Assembly (NCBI GenBank): GCA_002633005.1
Contig: NMRA01000081.1
Span: 561,625-625,624 of the forward strand
Length of the DNA: 64,000 nucleotides
From: Phoronis australis
Taxonomy: Eukaryota > Animalia > Phoronida
Direction: 5' to 3'
The position numbers and the translations under genes were made by a program. How positions within the stretch are numbered: position 1 is the first letter of the stretch; each line of letters starts with the position of its first letter. Positions 14,301-26,300 of the stretch are shown here, one piece after another. The notes below the pieces were generated by a model. The model worked only from the letters and a program-made list of their open reading frames with translations. It searched no databases and was not told where the DNA came from.

Positions 14301-17300
14301 CAGATCACATCTCGGAAATTTCCAATTTGACGGATGACAATGAATGAGCACAATGAAATTAAACAACGTCGTTTTACAGTTTGTAAGATTCATAATAAAC
14401 ATATTTTGAATATTGCAATGCATGTGTTCCAAAATCTAAATAACTTGGGTCCTATATTTTTGTATTCGTGCTCGCCAAATGAAAGTAATCGTGAGTGTTG
14501 CTGTGTTGCAAAATCTCTTATCCTGGGCCGATTTGAAAAATTCAAAGTTGTACTCATATTTGTTTTCGCTCCTCTTTTCAAACATTACAGTAAAAACTAC
14601 GTAAAACTCTCTCCATAAAAAGTACAGTCTGTTACGCTAGATTGTAATCAGCTGATCATATCCGCATGAGCGAAGCCAATTATCCTGGCTCGTGACTCGA
14701 TGAATAGAGCAGCTTGGCGGCATCCCTTTGATCGTGAGCCGAGCGCGACTCAGCCAATGTGGATAAATACGGTCAAGTTCAATCTGCCAAACCCCACCGT
14801 TTACCCTGATAGGCGGGGTTTGGGCCAATCTTATTTAGTGGGAATGTTTATAGCATGGCAAAATCAGTGCATGACCAATGAAGTAGTAGGCTGTGTACTA
14901 ACAAATGTATCCAGTTTATTTGTGTATTCTATTTTCAAGTTGCACAACCACTATTAAGGAGAAAAAACAGCATTAAATGCTATACGAACACTTCAAAGTA
15001 GTCAATCACAAAAATGTACGAGTCCAAACTGATCCAACCAATCAGAAAACATCTTACCTTCGAAACCATTGGGGCAGTTACACCTGAATTTGTTAACGAG
15101 GTCATCACACGTTGCTCCATGCAAGCACGGGCTCGAGGCGCACTCGTTCACCTCCTGCTCACAGAGGGCACCACTGTAGCCAGGACTGCAGTTGCACTGT
15201 GCCCTGTTCCCAAGTCCATTTTCACAACTACCGCCATTTAAACACTTTGGAGCGTCTGGCTGCCTACAGTAGTCAACTTCTGTAATGAAGGATAAGTAGG
15301 CCGTCTTATTACCAGTACAGCATGATCTCGGAATAATTTTCTGATTTAAAAAATGGAGAGCGTCATCTTTTTGTAAATCCCCAAATTTAGTTTCACTGTT
15401 TCAAAATCATAAAAACATATAACATGGGAATTTCTTTACCAAAGCAGTCCGTTAGACTGACTGATCCTGGGCTGGATGTTCTCTTGCCACTGGGGCACTG
15501 AATGCAGAGCCTGGACCCACTTTCAGGTTGATACGTGTTGTTAGGACACTGACTGCAAGGTGTCAAGCCAGTCCCGTTGTTAAACCAACCAGGTTCGCAC
15601 ACAGCTGGAAGGAGAGAGTCATGATATATCAAACCACTAGATATTAAGACCTATGGCCATACATCAGAGATGCATTTTTCAAAGATCCACTATCCACAAA
15701 ANNNNNATCCAAAAAAAACCCCCCCCCCCCCCCCGATCACCCTCAGATCATTCTTTTGCACACCCTGTCACAACCCAATGAGTGAAATACACAAATATGT
15801 ACAGAATAGGCAATTAGCACCAGGGACAGAGCATTTGTAACTGGTTGGTAACATCCATAAATCTTCAGATAAATACACAAGTCCATTACTTACATCCACA
15901 GTCAGTTTCACTGACTGAACCCAACCTGCTGGTGGTTTGGTTAAATGGACACAGCTGACACTGGGTGGCACCACTGACAGGTTGGAATGAACCCAGGTCG
16001 CAGAGGTCACATGGTTCAATGCCCATGCTGGAGAAAGAACCAGCTGAGCATTTGGCTGAAATAAAAGGCATTTTCTTCAAAAATCCCAACTGTAGAGCTG
16101 GCACTATAGAAAACACTGAATTAAGTTACAATACAACAGGAGATACTGAAGAAAACATACAACTTGTACCAAATGCTCCACAAATTGAAACAACACGAAC
16201 TCAAGATAGTCCCTGAATAACTGGCACAACAGAGCATGATACAAGTGCAGCCTTAAACTTGTGGGAATAACAATTGGTTTAATCTACAAATATGAGAGAA
16301 TAAATGAACATGAATGTATTAGAATTGGTAGAATAAATATACCAAAATAAAACAACAAAAATGGATCACTGAACTTTTCGGATATAATACCATCCTTTGA
16401 TCCATAAATTGTTTTATTTACGCATATTTATTCTACTTTACGACACACAAGTGCATCCTTTAGAGGATCTGGATCACCTCTTTTAGTTTCAAATTTATTT
16501 TCTATGTTATTAGAATTGGTAAAATTATAAAACCCTTGGTTCTGCATTCCAAGAAAACCAGGGAATGATTCGTATTTTTAAGTAAGCTAAACATCAAAAC
16601 CCCTTTCAATGAGAACCAATTTTCAATCCTTTCTGTATCTTAAAGTAGGAGTCCTTAGATCACAATACGGACTTCTAACGCACGTGCTTATTTTGCAACC
16701 ATTCACATTTAAAGAGGAAATTACAACAATATGGTCTAAATTCTTGTTTATAATTATCATCACGTCAACTGAATTGTACGTCGCTATACAAAATTATTTA
16801 CATATTTACTGTTGTGGTGTTGTAACGCTATTGTTGTAATGGAGAATAGAAACGGCGCCATTTTCGTTTGTTACACATCTGTGACGTGGTGTAGGGAACA
16901 CAAAGGAAACAATGTGTGTCCAAGTGAGTACAGCAGTGTAGATGAGGAATACTTTAAAAGATACAGGGACGGACAGGTGGACTTTTCAGATGATTCCAAC
17001 ATTTCGGACATGGAGGAGGAGGTGACAGATCCCATAGGAACAATTTGGGTTCACAGCTTTTCTGTAGTGGAGCCGTTCTCCCTCGATCCCTTTCACGGCC
17101 CTTTCTCCAGTCGTCGAAGACTCAACACCAGTCGGTTCGTCCAGTGAACATCCACAGGCAGAAGGTGCGCAGGAGTTACGATTGGATGTTAGTGACTGGT
17201 AAGAATATTGTCTATTATGTATCTTACAACTACGAATTATTACTTGGTCTTTTTTAATTCAAAAGTTGGTGCTTTACCAGTCAGTTCCAGGTGCCCACGT

Positions 17301-20300
17301 CCCTACTGGTGAATCGTGTTTCAGCCATGGATAAATATCAGTTTCAGTGATAAAAAACTGGGATTTTTTTTAATTTTAGCAAATCACTCAAAGTGTTTGG
17401 TCTCTGATTATTTGTAGACAGTGTTGCTCACCACTGCTTTGAGCTCGTGAGACTTGGGTTCAAATACTGGCTTTCACTGGCAGACAATTGGGCATTGCAC
17501 AAAATGGTCTCCTACTTCTCTGAGACTGAGCTCTGTGTTACTAGTGAGTAAAGGAAAGTATGCAAGGGAATGAATGAGAGCCACTTTGGAATAATCGACT
17601 GTGAAGTGTAAAGAAGAGGATTAAAGAATCACAATTTTATAATGTAGACTGTCTCACCTCAGTGCTGGGGGGGGGGATTCTATAGGTTATAGAACAGGTC
17701 ATGTCATTTTCGTACTTAGGGGCCAAGTAAACTCGGACCCATATCAATGTACACGTGTTCCAAAACTTTTATTTTGTAAGGCGATGCTTGATGGAAACAA
17801 CCATTTCATGTCGATGTACATTGACCCAAATTGTTGCCATTATTTATAAATAAATATCGGGTACATGGCCTGGGTACGAGTCGACTACTTGGGTAGGAAC
17901 CACCTGGTAAAGTTTCTATAGAGTGCATACCATTGGATTGGTGATTGCCCATATAGCATATGGAGAAGTTTTAAGAAATGTATATTGTAATATTTAAAAT
18001 ATGGGCGACCCTTTGAGTGGCAACACTGCTTTTCAAGTTGGTTTACGCCATTGGCGTTGTCTAGTTTGATTAATTGTAGGTGGGTGAAAATAGGGTTCAG
18101 ATTGGGAAAAGAGATCTCACGACTACTTACGAAACAGACCCCTCAATCAATGAATCAGGGCAACTACCTTGTGTCTTAGGGTCAGCTTAACAGTCCATTA
18201 TTATATCCCACGGGCATGATCTACCACTGCCTTGGGTGTAGCATTATTCATATAATATATGAAAAGTAAATATCCTTACTATATATGACCAATTTGTATG
18301 AAAAGTAAATAGGTTGTGATGTTCCAAATTTTGTTTTTGGAAACAGATTTGATTTTTGTTCTGTTGTAAACAGGTCGCTGCTCAAGTGGGGTTTACTCTG
18401 AACAATCAATTTTCTTGAAAACTGAAGTCGTACGCAGCCCCCTCAATCAAATTTGGCAGAGGCACTCTTGGTAAATTTTTCAATTTAAAATTTTGATGTT
18501 TATTGAAGTTATGTATTATTGTTGATACATCTTGCAGGTGCACCTGTGGCAACTGTCAGACAACCCCAGTTGTTGAAGAAAGAGTATGTTGTCAACAAGT
18601 CGACAAGGTTGTTGCAAAACTTGATGAAGAAATGAAGCATGACAAATTACACAGAAGATAAAAATATATTGTGGAGCATGGGGGTTCTAAACTTGTATAC
18701 ATCAATCATGATGTTTTGGAGACTGCATGGCTGCAATACAAAAGTCAATATCCTGATGGCTATGACAGAACCTTGGATAAAAGGATGCGACACGTGGCCT
18801 ACTGACAGTTCCATAGATGGGTGCATGGTCACTTAGGACGAACTGTCCATGTTGTCATTCCAGCATGCGCAGTAGCCTGCATCAGAGCTGTCTACCCACC
18901 GCCAGGAAATGAGGAGGACTTTGAGTTCCAAGGATTTTCTTAATAGTTTCATCCATTTATAGATATCAACAGTTGTCTTAGCCCTGGAATGCCAGCTCCT
19001 AAAAATGACCTATGTATTCTATTATTAAAACTTGTGACTCGGGGACTAGCCTTCATGTAATTCGAATGAGTTGCAAAAAGTTGTAGTGACAAATTCCATA
19101 GAAAGAACAAACATCGTAACGAACAAATGCAATCGCAGTGCAGCCTCAGGGGCATGAAATTGAAGTTGACATTCCATGAATAGACTTCTGTGGTTTCAGA
19201 ATGGTAAATAATTAACACAGCGAGCAGCATTTATTGATGCTCATCAATCTGGTTAGTTATAATAACATGATCATGACAAGTGTAATTTAACTAGGACTAC
19301 ATTATAAACCTCTAAACTCAACATCAGTTGAACTTACGGTTTACCTAGGTAAACAGAGGAATTGGTCTCATTGGAGTCCAGTTTGTGTGCTTGAAGCAAA
19401 CACACATTGAACAGTATGACTGTTACATAAAAAATTAAGTTTTGAATCTGGGCCATTGTCTGAGGTTGAGACTGAATCTACTGTCCTCTTCTTATACAGC
19501 CGAACTCTCTAAAATTGGTAATTAAAAGCTTCAGTGAGAACTTTAGAAAAGTTAGCATTAATTCCGCAGTAACGCCTCCAAATAACTCTGTCAGTCTCAC
19601 TGGATCCAACTTAGCGAGTTCTACTGTAGTTCAATGAGATATCAACTAAGTACACAACACAGCAACCACTGAATCTCAACCCAAAATCTCCAGTATGCAA
19701 TAGCTTTAGATGACTATGACATGGTATGAAAACACAAAAAGTATACACATGTGTAGGAATGGGAAATCTGGAGAGAGTGCTTATACCACTCACTCAAAAT
19801 TCTCAAGTAAATGTTTGAATTCTGTGCAAGTGATTATTCTGTGTACAATTTGGATGATATTGTCGCACGAAAAGACTGACAACCCAAACAGGTACCTTTT
19901 TATCCCCACTTAAGAAAGTCTTCCTATTCCTTTACCGATCCACTGTATGGGACAGCAACAGTTTAGTGCAAATCAAATCTACCTAAAAAAGCTATGCCAC
20001 AATATTTATAGTCATTGTATTGAAGAAACATTGAAATATTTCCTGGGGCGGATCCAGGATTTTGAGTTAGGGGGGACCAGGACACAGTATTAGCCAGGAT
20101 TTTGCCCGCCCAAACTGTCAAATGGAATCTGAGAGAATTTTAGGGGGGCCATGGCCCCCTCTAAATCTGCCACTGGTTTCAATTATATAAGAACATAGTA
20201 TATCACTGGGTTTATCTATACAAACGAGATAGCCAAATGCCACACACAAAAGCTTTTCACAATTTCCAGTACTGGTTCTATAACCACTCTGGCATTGTTA

Positions 20301-23300
20301 TCTGTACCACTATCAAAAATTTAATTTAAAACATTGGTAGGGACTGTCAAATATATGATGGAAAGAAATTCCAGTGCTGTTCATTGACAAAGCAGCCAGT
20401 CTGAATTTATCTGGATAACGGATCCTCATGTGTGCAACGGCATCCTCCTTGAACACATCTGGAGCACCAGCAGTCGGCATTGGACGAGCATCAATTTCTA
20501 AGCCAATTTCAAGACCTCCAGCTTCTCTTTTGTTCCTCACTAAGTCCAAGGTGTTCTCCCTTACTTCATTTACATACTCTGAAAAGCACAACAGCAGCAA
20601 CTCAAAAGTAAAAAAAACATTTTGAATCCAGAGTATTTGCCCACTTTTATAACCTTCAAGCAAATGCAAAACTAGATGTTAATCCTGTTTTTTTTTGAAG
20701 CAGATTACTTTAATAATCAAAATCTTGGAATTGAGTTACCTGACCGTGTTTTACTTTATTCATAGTCTGCACTTTTTTTCAAAATACGTGAATCTTTTGA
20801 GATCAGCTTTCTTTGCTGTGGCTTTTAGTTTTACTGACCCATTTATAACTAAATCTTTCACAGATTTTAAACACTTGAGAACTATGGTGATTGTGAAAAA
20901 AGATTGTTAATTGTTCAGGCACTGCGAACGCGTCATGAATTCTTAGACATCAAAATTATCAAGGTAACTTACCTTTTTACGAGACCATTTTCAACCTTCA
21001 TGATGTGTTAGTCATCGAAGCAGCCTTCCTCAAAATGTTCGGAGCATATTTCAGCTCCGACAGATAACTGACTCGACAGTCATTTTCCAAAGACGAGCAG
21101 TGCACACAAAAACGTGCTATTACGCGGCTAGGTGCTTGTCTTTTTAGAATTTAAATGGGCTCACGCCTTCCACCTGGGTGGTGTAGGAAGAGTTAGCACA
21201 CACACACCCATGCACGGTTATTGCTAAAACACGTCAAGATTGAAACGTCTTTGTTCGTCGTGTACGTACTGTGATATAATGGCTGTGAACTGCATTGTGG
21301 GATATGATCTGGTTTGTGTTCCCCAACACCACGTCACGGTGTCAAAGGTCAACTTTTCACGGATTTTTTATTTTCGCTTTTTTAAAATAACTAAAGATAC
21401 AATTATACGATAATCTGAATAAAATACATCCAAATAGCAATACCTTGAAGATATTATGTTGGACCTTGCAAATTACTTTAAAATGGAGCAGAAATCACAT
21501 AGGGAAATCATTGAACATTTTTACTTTTATATTGTATCTGTAATATCTCATTGTCTTTAGCTCTATTTTTTCTATTCCACTTTAATTGTATTATAGATCT
21601 CATTTCTAAATCATGTCCCACACAATCTATGTCTTTCATTTCATCTTCTAAAATATGTCACTATATCATTCCTATCACTTTTGTTTCATTTCTCACTTAG
21701 CATAATTCACTTTGTACTCAGTATTTGATTAATATCTTCTAGTTATTATTAGGTAGCTTAGTTTTCATAGTATTACTTTGATTTAAGTGACCCCTGTAGG
21801 AGAACAGTGAGTTTAAATGGACAAGCTACCCACACTATAAATTTAAATAACAAAGATTTCAACCAATCAATCTCACCAATACAAAAGGATGAGTTGAAGC
21901 TGCCCACTTCTGCAGTAGTTAGATTTGTTGGACAGGGTTTGCACTCCATTTGTCCCATCTCGTCTTGGTAACTTCCCACTGGACAGGGCACACAAGAGCC
22001 ATTCCCATGGTACATGCCCTCAGGGCAGTCCACTGAAATATTACGTAGTTGTCGTGCTATTACAATTTCATTATGTCGTTTCATCCAATCGTGATAAAAC
22101 CCATCTCCAGTAAAGCAGGGTGGAGAAACAATCTGTAGCAAATCAGGGTAGAGAAACAATCAGAGTCAATCTCCTTACTTCTCTCTACGCATTTCTCATC
22201 ATAATAGCCTAACTCTATAAACATGAAGAGGGATCAAATCATAGAGACCCTGGTTTCCCATTTTTTTAAATATAAAAATCCTTATTAGTAAACATATAAT
22301 TCCATTTTTTCCTACATAGTAGAATTGCACATCCTCTTTCGTTATTTCAAAGAGATAAACATAAAATGATCTGGGAATTGCCTCACTTTTCCCCTGAATT
22401 ATGCTTCGTCTATACTTTACCAACAACTTGCTGCAAAACCATAAAAAGAACAGAGCCACCTTCAGAAAGAATGAACAACTCCTTGTATCTATCTGTGACC
22501 AGAATTTGTCAAATTTGCTAATCAAAAACAAAAATATTAAAGTTATAGTATGTGCTACTGAAATGAGTAAATTCCATTTGAAATCTCTAATTCGCTGAAA
22601 AAATCAATTTCTGAAAATTCCCTCCCTTTTGCGTTGTCGACGAAAATCAGGGTCTCTACGAATCCTGCAGCTGTACTCACTGCAACTGGTACATTCAATG
22701 ATCAAGTCTCTGCAAACACAAAGGTCAGAGGTCAGACAGTGTACAGTCAGGTACTTAATACAACTCATCACTCAACCTGGAGTCAATGTGATGATTTGTA
22801 CAAACATTTTACATAACTTTCAATATGAATTTCTCTGAGACTTATTTTTCCCAAAATATAAGCTTAAAAATCTAAGTCTCAGGAAGGCAATGTATGGATA
22901 CCCTGTTACGCTTGACTATACAATTTGTGAACCAGATCACGATGTCAAAAGACTTAGACGATCGTTGAATTAACCAGTGGCAAAATAGGTTGGCAGAGTC
23001 TGGGTGTACATCAATGACAATGACATTAATAGTTGACCATAGTGGCAGGTGCTGGTGTCATGGACAAATTCTTGTAATCCGTCGATGGCACTAATGGTTG
23101 ACCAAAGTGGCGAGTGATGGCATCACGGGCAAATTCTTGTAATCAACTGTTGACGACAATAATGGTCCACCATAGAAGCGAGAGCTGGTGTCATAGGCAA
23201 ATTATTGTTATGATCCGTCGACGGCACTCTTTGGTAGACCAGGTGCAGTGTGCCCTTTTAATGGAAATAGTATTTATAAGAGAAACTTACGACAAAGCAA

Positions 23301-26300
23301 TGAATACTCTTCATGGCGAGAAACCATCGGATATGGACAGTCCTCAAAGGCGTACCAAATGCTCTCATTCAGCTTTGTGACTGGGGACAGAATCACGGTG
23401 CCATTATCACTGATGTTCATGTCCTGTTTGTCTATTAAATCATTCATTGTGTAGACGACTTCTTCCAGAGCTAGATAAATGTTAAACTGCTCATGCTTGC
23501 TTTCCACTGTCACGTTGGTGAAGCTGGAGACAGTGAACTGGACATAGACTATTTCATATTTGGAGTGAGTAGAGGTGGCCGCTGGTTCGGCAGTAGAGTT
23601 GAAACCTGGTTGGGCTGTTGAGTTGAAAACTGCTTGGGTTGTAGAACTCAAGTGAGAGAGCTCATCAGCTGACCGTCTTCGTCGTCGGGCATCGTAGCCA
23701 CACCTGGAACACCACAAACCATGACATATCAGTTATTCATTCACTTATTATATGATCATATCACAGTTATTCATTGCATACAGAAGAGCTGTTGCTTACA
23801 ACAGGCTGGGGACCGCCATCACGAAAGTGCCCAATATCCACGTTTTCAAACAGAAATACGTCTGAGACTTAGTGCACTGTTCGGAACTCTGGGCCTCAGC
23901 TCATAAGCATTTTACTCTACTTTAACTTAATATTTATTCATCTAATTTTACATATTAACTAATTTTCATAATTAATTTATTTTATTTATTAATGTTTTCT
24001 ATCTAACTGCACATAGCTCAGTATTTTACTTCATGCAATTATTTCCGACTGGGACCAGTTGAGAATCAGGGTATTCACTGAAGTGGTCACCCAGCCTTTT
24101 AAAGAAGTTCAAATAAATAAATGAAAAATTCACTTATTACATGGCCATATCAGTTATTTATTTATTGATTAAGTGGCCATATCACAGCTCATTCACGTAT
24201 TACACGATCATATCACAGTTAATTATTTACGTATTGCATGGTCATATCACAGTTATTCATTCACCTAATACGTGGTCAAGTCACAGTTATTCATTCACTT
24301 ATTGCGTGGTCATGTCACAGTTATTCACTAACTTATTACGTGGCCATATCACAGTTCTTCATTCACTTATTACGTAGACATATCATTTATTTATTCGCTT
24401 GTTATTGTGATATGACTACTTAAAAGTAGTCATATCATAGACACGAGCTATTTATTACAGCAATTAAACAGATTTGGGTTATGCCTTTCAAACTTTAGTT
24501 ACAGCCTCGGCTTATTCTTTCCCATACTACTACCGAAGCTTCGATGTTAACTGTGGTTAACAACAAAGTTAAGCATCACATTAGCTGTGGAACTGTTATT
24601 CAGAGAAGTGATTGCATGGTGGCTAAAGGTCATATGGTCTTGATCGCTGTTTTTGACAGTGCTTGCCAGCAAAAATGGCAAGAAACTCTCCTTCTTCCGA
24701 GTTGGAAACTAGAACGTCAACTTCACAAGGCAGCCAATGGTTGCCATGTTGGGACGATGATGATGTACTAGAAAATGACATATTAAAAACTTTTACTCTT
24801 GAAAAGGCTAACGGCCAATCCAAGCAAAGGCGGTATTGCCTGGTGGGAACTCATTTTGCCTACAAAACACGTTCAGTGATGTTTATGATATGTCAACAAT
24901 ACCTGTATAAATTGAAACAGAATGCCTATGTTACCAAAAAATATATTAGAACAATATATTAACAAATAGTAACCAGTCATCGCCTGCTGTTAGCAAACGC
25001 AGGCAACGGCCCCTTCCAATAAGTCTGATGTCATCAAAGTTAAGTGTTCCCATTGTAGCTAAGCGTCGACATCGATGCTTCCCTCCTACATTCACCTCTT
25101 TTCTTTGGAGTAAAGGTGTGCTGTTAACTTCAATTGAAGATAGAAGTTTTCATTGACCGCAACTTCAGCAACACCGAAGCTTCGGGGGCAGCAAGAAAGG
25201 ACTTATAGAATCTTTAAATACTATTATAGTACAAAGAAAATTTTACACTAATATGTATTTTAAAAAAGGATGATTATGCAAAATGACAAGTGCACTCTTA
25301 GTGGACTCGTAGAAACTTCTAATCACATGTTTTTGGAATGTGAGCATGTGGTTTCATTAACTAACAAAAATCACTCGAATGAAGTTCACAAAGAATGGAT
25401 AATACCCAGTTTAAGAAACGACATGAGAGACAGCTTCTTGTGCCGCTGAATCATAGGCGAACCCGCCTACATGTCAAACATACATATTATAAATTCATTG
25501 ATACAATTAGTACTGGAGAAAAAACAAACCTGCACTTTTACAACCTCCACATTGTTGCAATGATGTGGAATGGATAGAGCACCCATAACCAGGCTAGAAC
25601 ACCTACTGGACATGAACATCATCCAGCTCAACTTTACACACATAACCAGACTAGAACACCTACTGGACATGAACATCATCCAGCTCAACTTTACACCCAT
25701 AACCAGACTAGAACACCTACTGGACCTGAACATCATCCAGCTCAACTTTACACCCATAACCAGACTAGAACACCTACCGGACTTGAACATCATCCAGCTC
25801 AATTTTGCAGGAATCGGTCAAGGTCATCATGTACTGGCATGTGGGATTGAACACCTCTTTCTTCACCTTCTTTATGAACGCCTCCTTGATTTTGTCCTTA
25901 TTTCTTTCACACCGACCCTCATAGTAGTAGAACTCAGCCTTCGACCTCATGATGGCACGGTTGGGACGGTAGCGACCTGAAAATATTGCACACAAAAGAA
26001 GACATGAACACTACATTTTTAAGCAGACAAATTATTTTTTGAAAGTAGTGGCAATTAGTCCAAAACAATCAACATTCAGAAAGGCATTCATAAATGCCGG
26101 AAGCATCAACAAAGTGAATTAAAGCAAATTACATACAACCATACAAAAATTATGATGGTAATGTTTATCTGCCAAAACAAAATATCACTGGAGCAAACAG
26201 TAACGACAGGACAATGGCTAAATCCCAAAACCCGACTTAGCTCTTTGAAAACCAACTAGCATAGGACACGAACAATATATTTTGTCATTTTTCAGAAATC

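Larger units (their letters stand above)
16713..21477. mobile_element. Kolobok-superfamily DNA transposon, internally deleted and decayed (THAP-transposase remnant + KolX)
   Basis: TTAA|AG...CT|TTAA ends (TIR degenerate, so boundaries are approximate); subterminal inverted motif GTGACGTGGTGT(A/TG)GGGAACACAAA at 16881 and 21313; convergent KolX and THAP genes. Confidence 0.8.

Noticed and set aside
18538-18943. A host P2X7 purinoceptor gene
   Set aside because: Only the ballast-like domain is present, with no channel exons. It has stops and lies opposite a THAP remnant within TTAA-flanked ends, which identifies it as transposon KolX.
22033-22132. Longer version of exon 12 using the acceptor at 22132
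   Set aside because: It would start in phase 0, but exon 11 ends in phase 1. The acceptor at 22032 restores LLC-LDCPEG.
25467-25980. Repeat-containing ORFs ([17 protein letters not shown].. / [14 protein letters not shown]..)
   Set aside because: By-products of the 57-bp minisatellite and the antisense of exon 10.
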